A stretch of 63,693 nt of DNA, counting the filler, from Craspedostauros australis (lineage: Eukaryota), in NCBI GenBank assembly GCA_030167865.1. It is 24 parts of 24 records of this genome, joined end to end, with 100 filler letters (N's around TTAATTAATTAA, not from the genome) between each part and the next. Parts side by side here need not be neighbours in the genome. Positions count along the whole stretch, not along the records: positions 1 to 16,600 come from JALAGF010002321.1; positions 16,701 to 18,065 come from JALAGF010002322.1; positions 18,166 to 19,497 come from JALAGF010002323.1; positions 19,598 to 20,979 come from JALAGF010002326.1; positions 21,080 to 23,698 come from JALAGF010002327.1; 19 more parts are not named here. One strand, given 5' to 3'. The notes beneath the pieces are model-generated. The model was not told where the DNA came from, searched no databases, and worked only from the letters and a program-made list of their open reading frames with translations. Of this stretch, positions 11,515-23,798 are shown piece by piece. The position numbers were made by a program, and so were the translations under genes. Within the stretch, counting starts at the first letter, position 1; each line of letters opens with the position of its first letter.

Positions 11515-13067
11515 AGTGGGAAAAGAAAACGCCACATCGTAAAAACAAAACCGCATAAATGCACACAATTTTGCACAACTACAACATGCATTTCCAACAG
11601 ATAGAAACGAGAATCAACCTATGACATCATGGACATTGCGGACAGTGATTGCATTCGTACGTATGTAGTGAAGCCAAAGGTTGAGACCGTGGCTCGTCTG
11701 CGCCGTTGCATGCTCTGTGGCCACCCCTGTGGTATTCGTGGGTTTGCCATCACAAATACGAGTATTGGAACCGACGATGAGAAAATACCAAAGACGCGAT
11801 GCTCCATTCACGCACCCTCCACAACAATCGCGGTTCCTCGAGCGGATCGTGGTCTCGGCGACAATCGCAGCAGTCAAAAACTAGTTTGCAGCGACACAAG
11901 ATTTCCTGGTGATGGATCCAACAGGAGAAATGGGTGCATGTGATAATGCATTCAGCAACGCAACCACGTGGTTGTGCATGTGCTGACTATCCGAAACGAA
12001 GAGGTTTGGAGCATCACGTCGGTGATGGGAGCGCGGTACCAGGACAAGACAGCACGAGCTGCTTTGCTTCCTGCGCGTGGCACGATGGACAGCGAAAGTC
12101 GGGCAGATTAAACTTGTGCGCAAGCTCAAGGCGCGTGTGCTTCAGACCACCAATGGCCTTCCGTTTGACAGACGACTGATGGTGAAGGCACCGGATTCTC
12201 GCAGAGGAAGGGAAGCACACCGAATCATAAAACCGAAACAAAGCAGACAGAGACGCACAACCACGGTTCCAACCAGCGGGCGCGAAGGAAGAACTGAAAG
12301 ATCCGAGACTGGAAAGATCGTCCAGGGGATGGTGGGTGTCAGGATAAAGAACGATGCGGAGGAATAGATGGTCTTGACAATGAACATGGAGGTTCACCTT
12401 TGGGTCTGAATCGGCGGAATCCGAGTGAGAGCAACAGTTGATTCGAGAGCGTGCTGCACCGTACCCCTTGCCAGCAATGGCGCCAAGCTGAACTTCCACA
12501 AATTGCCGGAGCGGCGAGCGAAGGAGTGTCCTCTTTTCGCATGTTACGCGGTTCGCATCGATCTTGGTTGCCTCGCTGTCATGTGCATCTCGCATGATCG
12601 CAGCAGGGGCCGGAAATGTTGTGCATAGATCAGAGAGAGAGCGAGAGAGCGAGAGGAGGCGGAGCCTCACGTTGTATTGACATGCTCGAAAATGAAGCGT
12701 TGTTGCCTCGCCGCTTCCAACCATTCCCGCGATGTCGGAACTTTGAAAGATCCTTTGGATGATTTGGCCCATCGGCCCAAGCAACCAATGCACCCTGCGT
12801 TCGAGGAGGGCGGAACGCACATTCGTCGTCCAAAGCAGACCCCCCGCTGGCCATCGCAACGATGCAAGCATGTTGGGTGCCTCGCGAAGTTGCTCTGCCT
12901 CAGCCTTATTCACCGTTTTCCGCGACATGCCAATCTCGCCATCTCGCCCAGCGAACGACTGAGAAGCGTCGCCTTCATCGCCATCTCTCTTCCTTCTTCG
13001 ATCAAAACAACTGGATGCATGAATGCGTGCATGAATGCGTGCATGGATCGTCAGATCGTCAGATCGT

Positions 13068-13100
13068 TGGATGGGCGGATGGATGGATGGATGGATGGAT
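13068..13100. repeat. (GGAT)n microsatellite
   Basis: ggatgggcggatggatggatggatggatggat read directly. Confidence 0.85.
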
Positions 13101-13890
13101 ACAGTGTTCAGCCGCACGGAGATCTGGTTTGTGTTGCCTCCCCCCGCCTTGCCTCTTCCCTGTTTCCCCACTCGCATCACTTGATGAGCTGCTCTTCACA
13201 AGTGGTCGCGTTGTTATGTGGTCGTCATGCTTTGGCGACTGAACCATGTTTGCCGTTCGTAGATCATGGGAGAATGTCAAGGAGGACATTAATGACAAAA
13301 TCGAACGCACAGGTTCGTTTGTAACCGCATGCAGAACATCGAACTCTTGTTGCGGAAAGAATCCAAATAATTTTTGACTTTCTGTTCTTGGTTTCCGTCC
13401 ACTGTGTTCCAATCCGGTTGCTTCCCAGGCAGGAAACGACATGACAAGATCGAGATCGCGATAATACCGCTCCAGATCCGGGAATGGAGAAAGAGACTTC
13501 ACTCCAACTTCAAATCCATTGTGTTGATACCACAGTGAAAGTATTACCCAATGGGTTTTCATCGCATTCAACACCAAGTCTTCTGATCGGGAACAATCTC
13601 TCGTCAGAGTCGTATACGACATGAGTATACATAATGAAATGCTTCCACTTAATAAAAAGTGCTTTGCATCTTCTGTTGTGTTCGACAACACAAGAACAGA
13701 TCCACGAATTGCTCTAACGTACTAGACTTTCCCGCCAACCTGCCTACTCGTACAAGTGCTTCACCCTCTGTCCCAGAGTAGCCGCAGTACTCTTACTCTC
13801 TTGATTAGATATAATCAGTGTCTGCCAAAAATACAATTATGCTCGTTCTACTCATTTATGAACTTTACATCATTCCCCTGCTTGCTCCTC

Positions 13891-15285
13891 CTACCGGTTG
13901 TTACGATTGTGCAGACCGATCTGCTGACTGCATCCTTGCACCAAGCTGAACAACAGGGCCGGGTTTCGGTTCACGGGCCGACACGCAAAGACACGACTGA
14001 ACAACCCAAGGGACCGCACCTCCCAGGCACCCTTTGCCACCTCGAGGGCGCAATCGGAGTACCAGTTATACTCCAACAGAGGCAGTATGTCGGTCCTCCA
14101 GTTGTCTATGCATTGGCACAGATCGTACGATGTCTGGCCACGTCCGCACTTCACCTTGATCTGTCGAATGGTTCGGTTGTCACGTACCGATCGATACACC
14201 TCATGGAATACCATGGGATTGGCGAGATTCACCAGATTTGACGAATCGACGGTCAAGTGGAGCATCTGGATGTTGTTCCTACCGTTCAGGATGGAAATGA
14301 AAGATCCAGTCACGACGTTCTCAGCCGCTGGATGATGGCGATGAACAGCGTTGTGCCGAAGCCCCAACGCGACGGCGATGAGCGCTTGATGGGTGGAAAC
14401 CGATTCTACGAAGGCTTCGACGGGACCGTCGTCGATCTCCATCACCGCATGCAGCTCCTGCAGGTGCGGCGAGGCCTTGACGACGGCACCCAGCATGTAG
14501 ATCAGCATGGGGTTGTCGCATGAAAGCACGCCTCGTATGTCGAGGATTTGGAGGTTGGACGACGTGCACGCGAAGATGTGCGCTTGCATCATCTCGCCGC
14601 CCGGCACCGATTCGTTGAGGAGAGCGGTTGGCACGGCCAGCGTCCGCGACGTTGCGATCCAGGCGCATTCGTGGGGCGTGAGGGATCGTGGTGTGGTGCA
14701 CGGGCGCAGGTCCAGCCGGTCGGGCAGGATGCCGCGCCGTACGAAGAGGGGGAGGATTTCCAGATTCCCAACGATGAGGCTGGCGATGGGATGGCCGTGC
14801 GAGGAGTGCTGCGAGTTGAAGAACATGAGCAGCTGGTCCATGCTGATGAGGTTCTGCGCGAGCGCTTCGTCACGGTAAGAGCGTGGCACGGTGGCGTCCA
14901 TACACGCGGTGCTGACCTTGATGCCGTTGATGATGAACCAGAAGTCGAACGACGTTTCACGCGTCATGTTGAATGCAGGTGACAACTGCGCGTCCGGCAC
15001 GGCGCTGATCTTGACGGTGTTGTAGATGTACCATTGGTCCGCACCGTTGACGGATTGAAGGAGCCATTCGCGCAGCGTCGTCCACGTGAAGAGCTGCAAC
15101 AGATACTGCTGGCAATCGTTGCGCGTCGGTGTGTACAGATTGTGCAGCATGGTGGCCTCCTCCTGCGCTTGTGTGGTCTGTGTGGTCTGTGTGGTCTGCA
15201 TGGCCTGAGTGGTCTGTGGAGCACCCACGAGTGTTCGCAATGGTGATGGAAACCAGGAAGAAAACATGATGAAGGAAAACGACAA
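13891..15285 (-). CDS. RNI/LRR-like hypothetical protein
   Basis: 464-aa intronless ORF; LRR-like LQILDI, LQELHA, IQMLHL, NRTIRQI; C-terminal ILPLLEYNW...LFSRVF...NPALLFSLV cap; N-terminal QTT repeats. Confidence 0.65.
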   Translation of the reverse strand: MSFSFIMFSSWFPSPLRTLVGAPQTTQAMQTTQTTQTTQAQEEATMLHNLYTPTRNDCQQYLLQLFTWTTLREWLLQSVNGADQWYIYNTVKISAVPDAQLSPAFNMTRETSFDFWFIINGIKVSTACMDATVPRSYRDEALAQNLISMDQLLMFFNSQHSSHGHPIASLIVGNLEILPLFVRRGILPDRLDLRPCTTPRSLTPHECAWIATSRTLAVPTALLNESVPGGEMMQAHIFACTSSNLQILDIRGVLSCDNPMLIYMLGAVVKASPHLQELHAVMEIDDGPVEAFVESVSTHQALIAVALGLRHNAVHRHHPAAENVVTGSFISILNGRNNIQMLHLTVDSSNLVNLANPMVFHEVYRSVRDNRTIRQIKVKCGRGQTSYDLCQCIDNWRTDILPLLEYNWYSDCALEVAKGAWEVRSLGLFSRVFACRPVNRNPALLFSLVQGCSQQIGLHNRNNR

Positions 15286-15325
15286 TGTGGACGAAAGAAC
15301 ACAGCTCTTGGAGATTGGTATCGTT

Positions 15326-15367
15326 TGCGATTGTTATGCGATTGTTATGCGATTGTTATGCGATTGT
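15326..15367. repeat. 11-bp tandem repeat (TGCGATTGTTA, about 3.7 copies) just upstream of the LRR-like gene
   Basis: read directly. Confidence 0.85.
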
Positions 15368-16007
15368 GTGTCATGATGAACGAACGACGTGAGGCAGTTG
15401 CTGCTGCTGTTGCTGCGACCGCTGGCGCTGTCGGCAAGGAGGTGCTGCTGCCCATGGCAACTCGTTCGATCTTCCAACGCACAGACAGCTGCGACGACGC
15501 TATGCGATCAGGCTCATCGCTGCAGGAGTCGATGATCGCACCCCTGAGAAATTGCGATTCGGCAAACACGGGAACCGTGTTTCATCGAATCTTGGAAGGC
15601 GGATTGTTGTGTCTTCTTTTTCGATGGCCGTTTGATTCATCCGATTGCAGTCAGAACCGTTTTGTGTCAACGGGAGGAAACAAGACTGAAATGGTTCAAA
15701 ACGACGACACAACAACAACAACAACAACGCGAAAAGAAGAAAGCAACGATCAACCGCGCGTTTGTGCACGAGCAACTGCGCTGTTGGCTTCGTATTTTCT
15801 GGATGTTTCGTTTGAGTTCAGCCACCTTCATTTCAATTCACTTTCGTTCGTTTGTGATCATTCACTTTCCTCCCATCCCATCCCATCACATCACACTTGT
15901 CATCGCACTTGTCATCATCATCGTCGCTCTCTCAACAGCATCGGCACTCTTTCAACCTCATCATCACGCTTTGCCGTCTGCTCACAGAGGTGTCCATCTC
16001 ATAAAGC

Positions 16008-16192
16008 ATGTTTCGAAAGCTAAAAGACCGTCTATCATCTTCCATCCAATCTGCGACGCACGCATTGGCTGGGACATCACCGAACGATAGCAACAACCAA
16101 AGGAGCAACAGAGCAAGTAACACTAACGACAGTAGCAACAACGACAATAGGGACGTCAATCGACGCAGAGTTGAGTACTTCAACAGAAGTAT
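16008..16192 (+). pseudogene. Probable 5' end of a host gene interrupted by a Copia LTR
   Basis: ATG ORF MFRKLKDRLSSSIQSATHALAG...Asn/Ser-rich...VEYFNRS runs straight into the LTR end at 16193. Confidence 0.45.
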
Positions 16193-16600
16193 TGAAACGG
16201 AGACGGTGGTAGGTATAAAGTCGTATCTTAGTGTGTTGATTTGCGGATTGTGTCCGGTTTGTTTCTTTTTCCTTTTCTTTGCGTTGCACCTTCTGTGCCT
16301 TTTCTGTGGCTGTTGTCGTTTGCTGCTGCTCGTGACTCAGCCGAGTCCTCGTGACTGGTTTCGCTCCAATACGCCCCTTTTGGACGTGTCAGGGATGAAG
16401 ACCTGCGAGGTCCTAACCACCTTCACGAGTGTCTTGGTCTGCTTGCGGTTGCCATGTCCAGCCTGATCTGGTTTCGTCGTGTCGCGCTTTGCTTTGGAAA
16501 GTGGCTTTGGTAGACGGAATAGTGACATGCGGATGAGGCGGTAGAACGTGTGCTTTGCCACGGGTTTCGTCAGCAAGTCGGCTTCGTTGTCCTCTGACGC
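16193..16600 (-). mobile_element. 3' end of Ty1/Copia (CoDi-like) element: RNase H C-terminus, polypurine tract, ~176-bp 3' LTR (16193-16368)
   Basis: minus strand SEDNEADLLTKPVAKHTFYRLIRMSLFR; AAAAGGGGCGTAT followed by TGGAGCGAAAC...CCGTTTCA (imperfect TG..CA termini). Confidence 0.75.
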
Positions 16601-16700
16601 NNNNNNNNNNNNNNNNNNNNNNNNNNNNNNNNNNNNNNNNNNNNTTAATTAATTAANNNNNNNNNNNNNNNNNNNNNNNNNNNNNNNNNNNNNNNNNNNN
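16601..16700. other. Artificial contig linker N44-TTAATTAATTAA-N44 (first of 23; the others start at 18066, 19498, 20980, 23699, 25618, 28361, 31169, 32719, 34220, 35948, 37208, 39573, 40832, 42273, 43690, 45151, 49802, 51602, 53203, 55360, 59977, 62209)
   Basis: identical 100-nt spacer with stop codons in all six frames. Confidence 0.98.
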
Positions 16701-18065
16701 ATAGAATTGGAGAGGCAGCCAGGTCCAAGATGTCATCTTGATATGGCTCCTTCCACCATCGCCACGAGCTGTCGTCGCAGTGCCGCTTGCCCAATGATCA
16801 GTGTAGCGTTATTCCTTGGTACCATATCAATCTGCACCACTGTTGCCACTCCTTCCACCAACCACTTGGTAATCTCTGTGGTTGCTTTGCCCATCATCTT
16901 GGTATGATGGACGCCCGTATTCCGTCNTGNGCCTCCGACAAGATCCTGGTACCTTCGACTGACACGATGTCTGACAATCGCAACACCCCTAGTTTTTGAT
17001 GCACATGCTCAGGTGGTAGAGCTGCGCCCCCTTCACCTGCTGCCGGATCCAGATATCCATCAGAAAGGAGTCACTTTCACGCTGCGTTTCGCTGGACGTC
17101 GTTGTTTCGCACACCTCAGTGCTGGTACCCTGTAGTTGACCCCACAGACCAACAATCCAGAATTTGGTTGTGCAATGTCCAAGCCAAGCATACGAGTATT
17201 GGAATAGGGAACTCCCTACCCCTAGCTCCTCCTTGAGCGCTTGCACCGAGCACTTGATCATCTTGCCGGTCTGGGCCCCCGATGAACCTCATCGAAAGCC
17301 AGCTGAATCTAAGTCATCAGCTGGGAATTGGCAGGGTTTACAATGCCCAACTCTCCAAGGGATTTCGTGCCGTTCACCAGATCTCTTGGCAGGGTTTGCG
17401 AGCAGCCCATCTTTGGCAGGGACACTAGTAGTGCCGGCGCCATGATGTATTGCCACTGCGTCTGGGTGAGCTGGACTAGCAGCAAGGCGTACTCAATCAT
17501 CTTCATGAATCTCAGTGTAAGCGCCGATCTTGCGTCCTCTGGGGAGATATGCGCAGTACGCATCCTTCCTCTGAAGTCTTTGGCTTTCTTTCACAACTGC
17601 CTCACTTGCTCCCCGTTGTCTCCGTCGAACTTGATGAGCACGCCCAGGGTGAACAGCAGCTGATCCATCGTCTTGTTGGGGATCTCCGCTCTTGTACCTT
17701 TTCCTTCGTCGATGCGAATACTGGTGGTGGCCTCGGCATCGCACTGTTCCCATTTATCGGTGTTGAACTCGGGTTGGATGACCCACCATGCTGACTTCTC
17801 TGGTACCAGCACTCCTCCTGTGACTTGCAGCAGTTGGCTCTAATCCTGGACTGTCTGTTTCAAGGCTTTGGTATCGGCACCGTCGTGCTCCCGTTGCTCG
17901 AGTCGGATCAGGTTGGTATCATCAACAAACGCCAAGCCTAGCACTGGTATGAACTCTCCCGGCAGACTGGCCAAGGCCAACGTGTGGCCCAGTCTTGTCA
18001 TGGCCTTAAACATGACAGAGCTGATACCAGCCCAGATTGCAGGGCCTGCCCCATTGTCTTGTCCA
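16701..18065 (-). mobile_element. Degenerate non-LTR retrotransposon RT fragment (Ambal-like)
   Basis: minus strand GQDNGAGPAIWAGISSVML...GLAFVDDTNL...LLQVTGGVLVPEKSAWW...TLGV...LPKMGCSQTLPRDLVNG...LGELG; several in-frame stops and frameshifts. Confidence 0.75.
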
Positions 18066-18165
18066 NNNNNNNNNNNNNNNNNNNNNNNNNNNNNNNNNNN
18101 NNNNNNNNNTTAATTAATTAANNNNNNNNNNNNNNNNNNNNNNNNNNNNNNNNNNNNNNNNNNNN

Positions 18166-19497
18166 CCTCGTCATCTTCCATGATAGGAAGCACGTCGAAT
18201 GTCATCAATGCATCCCTCATCTCCAGGTTGATGATCTTGTTTTCATCAGGCATTAGACACTGTCGNNNNNNNNNNNNNNNNNNNNNNNNNNNNNNNNNNN
18301 NNNNNNNNNNNNNNNNNNNNNNNNNNNNNNNNNNNNNNNNNNNNNNNNNNNNNNNNNNNNNNNNNNNNNNNNNNNNNNNNNNNNNNNNNNNNNCCAGGAT
18401 GGGTCGCCATTTCGCCAGCTTGGCTGATGCGGATGGGGTTTCACCGTGGTTGGGTTCCTGATGGCGAGAGTACCCAGGTACGTGTTGCCCATGGCAAGTA
18501 CTGGGTGCCTCAATGTGCGGTCCTGGTCCTCCATGGTGGGTTCCGTGGTTGGTTGCCTGGTGTCTGTATCCAGTTGGTCTTGGAGGGAACCCTAGTTGGA
18601 GGTTTCCAATTGGTGCGAAAGCACCTGGAGCTGTCCGGTTGTCTCCACTTCCATTCAGCACGTATTCCATGTGAACAGGGACTCCAATAGGTGGGAATCC
18701 TCCTGGGTGGGGTTGCACGTATGCCATGTGTGGTTGGCCATATGTGTGATGAGGCCCCATGTTAGGTGGGTACCCATGGCACCCTGCGTTGTCATATCCG
18801 TAGGTGCCATAGGGATTGGGAAAATGGCGGTGTGTGTGTCCCATTCCATGATTCATGCCTGCACTCGCAGTTGGGTGTTGGTTCGTTGGTTCGTGTCCGC
18901 CGTTTCCATGGTTGCTGGCCATCTCATGGGGTGGTGGGTTACCCATGGTACCATGATGGTTCCATGAGTTCCGGTTGTCCGAGGGGTGGTTCCCACTGTT
19001 CTCTGAGTTGGTCGCTCGGGGTTTGGCAGGATCTCCTGGGTCCCTGGTGGTTGTCTTGGAGGCGAAGGTTACCGCCTTGGTGTCGGGTGGCCCGCGATCG
19101 TTTTCGCCAATAGTCGCAAAGTTCACGTTGGGGAACGGTCTGCTCCTTCCGTCGGGTTCGCGTGCGTTGGTTGGTCCAGCAGCTTTGTTGGTGATGCTGT
19201 GCTGGTTGTGGTCGTCGTTGGGACCGGTGCTCGTGGCGTTTGGGTTGGGGCGCCGCTTCGTCAGCTTGGCGGGAGGATTTGGAGTATCACCATCAGTGCC
19301 TCCCTGATGGGGTGCGCGCACGGATGCGTGGTGCCCGCGGTGGGTGTCAGGATCTAAGACGTGTGGATCCGGTCCCCCTTTGTTCGCGCCGTGACCTGTT
19401 GCTTGGTTCCTGTGTCCTGGTGGTTTCGGGGGGTACCCAGGTTGGGGAATTCCGACAGGCATGAAAGCTCTCGGGGCTGGTGGGTAGCCTCCATTTC
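18166..19497 (-). mobile_element. CoDi-like Copia gag/protease-region fragment (Pro/Gly/His-rich low-complexity segment)
   Basis: open minus frame ending RQCLMPDENKIINLEMRDALMTFDVLPIMEDDE, similar to the post-protease QC..PDG..IPL...GL segment of diatom Copia; internally duplicated PPxPxGxRxQATxHGxxxGGP segment. Confidence 0.5.
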
Positions 19498-19597
19498 NNN
19501 NNNNNNNNNNNNNNNNNNNNNNNNNNNNNNNNNNNNNNNNNTTAATTAATTAANNNNNNNNNNNNNNNNNNNNNNNNNNNNNNNNNNNNNNNNNNNN

Positions 19598-20979
19598 CTG
19601 TCCATGAACGTCCACCAGGACCACAACTTCTGCTCAACCTTGGGTTTCAACTGTCTCACAATGGCAATGGCATACATGGTTCAGGTGCTGAGAAAGCCAA
19701 GACGGATGGTTGTATGCCTTCCTATCAAGTGCGCCAACTACAGTACACATGACAATGACATGCTCCATGCAGCTGCAGCAGCATGCTCTGTTGACCGTGT
19801 TGACAGTGCCTACATCATGCGCATGACTGTGGATCCCTACCAAAGGGTATTCCATGAGCACATCCACCTCTCTGACAGCATTCCAACTGCAGGGTTGGAA
19901 TTTGTGCCTGANNNNNNNNNNNNNNNTCTGCATCCCACACAATGCAAGCCAAGCTCGACTGCAGCGCGCATTCTGCGGTGGAGATCCTGGCTCAAGAGCG
20001 CCTACTTGCTGGCCATCGGCGACCATGATATCTGCTCGCTGCCGGATCTCACCCAGGCTGTACTGGATGCGAGCGACGCAGTCTCTGCATTCGACAATGT
20101 TCGAAACTCCCTCACACAGCACGGTGTTCCACAAATGTACTTTGACCAAGTTGGGCATATTGGCTCCATCCTCGATCACATCTCACCAACTGCATGTCAA
20201 GTGGAGGCTGCTCCAAAGCTCACCTGGCGCAAACTGCTCCAGCGCNNNNNNNNNNNNNNNNNNNNNNNNNNNNNNNNNNNNNNNNNNNNNNNNNNNNNNN
20301 NNNNNNNNNNNNNNNNNNNNNNNNNNNNNNNNNNNNNNNNNNNNNNGGTCTTCAACTGGGTTTGGTTCTACGTCGTATAGACGCAAGAGAGCAACTGTAA
20401 AAAGCTTGTGCCATTTGTGATGGGTCCACCTGGGGTGGCAATGTGCACATCTTTGGTCACACATATGCTGCTACTCCTGACCTCATGGAGTTCCGCATCT
20501 TGGTGGCCATCGTTAAAGTGCAAGGACTGCTCATGTACAGAGCTGACATCGCAAATGCAGTCGCCAAAGCACCTGCCAGTGCACAACATCACTACATGCA
20601 AATCGATGATCAGTGCTGCAGCTAGTGGAAGCACAATCATGACGTTGCTCTGGGTCAACACATGGTTGTGCTTTTCTCAAGAATCTACAGAGCATCCTGA
20701 AGCACCGCTACAGCAGAGTCCACATACCAATNNGCTACTCAAGGACATGGGGTTCACACAACAACTCAAGCACCATGTTTGCACATTGGAAACCTTCACG
20801 CCCACAATGCATACATGCCCTGGCAGGTGGAAAACTTTGCGGTGGCAACCAAGGATGAGACCTTTTACGAGGAGTTCTGTGACATGCTTGATGCTCGGCT
20901 GAACCATCCCATCACTTGGTACGGTCTGTTTGCACACTACAACGGACTGGATCTCACTCAGGCCTGACGACATGTGAAT
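19598..20979 (+). mobile_element. Degenerate Copia pol fragment (pre-RT linker and RT N-terminal half)
   Basis: CKPSSTAARILRWRSWLKSAYLL, VFNWVWFY, TYAATPDLMEFRIL, ADIANA; stops and frameshifts; CA/TG-rich. Confidence 0.7.
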
Positions 20980-21424
20980 NNNNNNNNNNNNNNNNNNNNN
21001 NNNNNNNNNNNNNNNNNNNNNNNTTAATTAATTAANNNNNNNNNNNNNNNNNNNNNNNNNNNNNNNNNNNNNNNNNNNNGATGGCACAAGTCCCATGAAA
21101 TGGCTGACTTGTGGGGGAGGAGGGGGAAGTCAACACCATCAACTGTGATACTCACACATGCACGTGCTCACACACACACACACACTGCCACATGGTACAC
21201 CCACCCACAACACACAGCAACACATGAGACCGTGATGCAACAGTCAACACACAAAGAACCAACAATATCACATGAAACAGCGTACATACCACCAATGGAG
21301 AAACACAGGAGTGCAATAACGATGCTTCAACATGGTTTCCACACAGATAAGTCTACGGTGGTGGAATCTAGATGTTCCGCTATAGGGGATAGCTTCCAGT
21401 TTTGTTAAACCCTAACCCTAACCG

Positions 21425-23698
21425 CGAATCGACTTCCGGGACATCCCCTACCGAGCGCCCATCACCCATGCATCCGAGTTCAGCACCACCCCAACCGCGG
21501 ATATGCTCCGGCTACACTACAAGCTGGGACACGTCTCATTCAACAAGATGCGGACCATGGCTTCCAAGGGAGAGATCCCAGCGAAGTTCAGGGACTGTCA
21601 GATTCCGGTCTGCGCATCGTGTGAGTATGGGAAAGCGACCCGGCGGCCGTGGCGGACCAAGGGAGGCAACCAGCAGGTGAGCAAGCTCATCCCCATCAAC
21701 AGGCCAGGAGACTGTGTGTCGGTGGACCAAATGGAGTCGCCTACCCAAGGCTTCATCGGTCAGATCAAAGGTAAGCTCACCATCCAGAGATACCGAGCTG
21801 CAACCATCTTCACGGATCATCACAGCCGCTTCAGCTATGTGCACTTGCAGAAGAGCACCAACGCTGAGGAGACGCTGAATGCCAAACGAGCATTCGAAGC
21901 GTATGCCAGAACCTACGGAGTCAACATCCGGCACTACCATGCCGACAATGGTCGCTTTGCGGAGAACAAGTTCCTCTCTCATGTCGATCGCTCCGGCCAG
22001 ACAATCACTTTATGTGCGGCGTATGCTCACTTCCAAAACGGGGTGGCAGAGAAACGCATCAGAGACCTGCAGGAGGCAGCCCAAACAATGCTACTGCACA
22101 TGCATGTCTGATGGAAGGAAGCTGCATCGATCTCACTGTGGCCCTATGCTTTGCGGATGGCCAACGAAGTGATGAATGCAACTCCCAACCCAGTGATAAA
22201 CCACATCACACCAATTGAGAGATTCTCTGGATCAGCAATCAAGCCCCATCTGAAACACTTCCACTCCTTCGGATGCCCCACGTACGTGCTCAACCCTTGT
22301 CTCGCGAACGGCCAATCACAGCCGAAGTGGATGTCCAAGGCGCGGATCGGTATCTACCTCGGACTGTCACCCAGACACGCAAGGTCAGTGGCACTCATCC
22401 TGAATCCAAGGACCGGACTCGTGTCACCGCAGTTCCATATCAAGTGCGACGACATGTTCGAGACCGTGGCAGGAACATCGGGAACGAACCATGGCAGATG
22501 GAAGGAGCTGGCGGGCATAAAGAAAGCAGAAGTCATCAAGCGCTCCAAGGGAGCGACCGCAACCAAAGGGTTACGCTGGTCCCCCGAACACCGATCGCCA
22601 CCACAGACCAAGGAGGCACCGGCGGAGCAAGATGAACCGACCGAAGAGTTCGACGCGCCCGAGACGGAGGCAGCAGACAGCATCGACATTGGAGAAGCAC
22701 CCAGCGACACAGCAAGCTCAGAGACGCCAGGCGACTCCCAGTCGACACCGCCATCCATCCTACGGCGCTCCAGCAGACAACGGACACCGTCAAGAAAGGT
22801 ACGAGAGAACGGGGACAACGAAGTGGTTGCCCTGTCCGGAGCATTGGAAGTCGCCAACACCTTCTCCAATGGAAAGAGCTTCGACACCAATGAGACGTCG
22901 GACCCAATCGCATTCGCAGCCTCGGCCGATCCAGACACCATGTACTATCATCAAGCCACGAAGCAACCGGATCGCCTCAAGTTCAAACAAGCAATGCAGG
23001 CGGAGATCAACGCTCACCATGAGAATGGTCACTGGGAGGTCGTAAAGAGATCCAAAGTGCCTGAAGGGACCAAGGTGGTCGCATCAGTGTGGTCAATGAA
23101 GCGAAAGCGACGCATCAAGACCAGAGAGATCTACAAATGGAAGGCAAGACTGAATGTCCATGGCGGCCAACAAGTGAAAGGCATCAACCTCTGGGAGACC
23201 TACGCCCCAGTCGTCACGTGGATGTCCATCAGACTGGTGCTCATCCTGTCCATCCTCAACAACTGGCACACTCGACAGATCGATTTCGTGCTCGCTTATC
23301 CACAGGCTTAAGTGGAGACCACCATCTACATGGAGGTTCCAGTCGGGGTAAGTATCGGAGAGAGCGACAACAAGGACCATGTCCTCAAGCTGGTGAAGAA
23401 CTTGTACGGCCAAAAGCAAGCCGGACGAGTCTGGAATCAGCACATGCATCGGGGATTGCTGGACGTCGGATTCGCCAGAAGCAAGGTGGATGAGTGCGTC
23501 TACTATCATGGCAAGACCATATTCCTGGTGTACGTGGACGACGGAATCCTGGCCGGCCCCAGCTCGGAAGAGATCGACAGACTGCTCGCTCAACTCAAGC
23601 AGCGGTTCAACATCACAGACGAAGGGGACCTGTCGGACTACCTGGGTGTGCACGTCACTCACCTGGAAGACGGACGCATCAAGCTCTCGCAGCCACAC
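21425..23698 (+). mobile_element. Ty1/Copia pol: GAG-pre-integrase, integrase core and RT, with two in-frame stops (TGA 22109, TAA 23309)
   Basis: LHYKLGH...CASCEYGK, VSVDQ, YHADNG, QNGVAEKRI, FGCPTY, WKARLNVHG, QIDFVLAYPQA, NLYGQKQAGRVW, LVYVDDG. Confidence 0.95.
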
Positions 23699-23798
23699 NN
23701 NNNNNNNNNNNNNNNNNNNNNNNNNNNNNNNNNNNNNNNNNNTTAATTAATTAANNNNNNNNNNNNNNNNNNNNNNNNNNNNNNNNNNNNNNNNNNNN

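Noticed and set aside
12014..13691. 388-aa and 210-aa minus-strand ORFs
   Set aside because: They run through microsatellites, have doubtful starts and show no recognisable domain.
22109..23311. In-frame TGA and TAA in Copia pol as programmed readthrough or an alternative genetic code
   Set aside because: They fall inside conserved integrase and RT cores, and other genes use these codons as normal stops; point mutations in a dead copy explain them.
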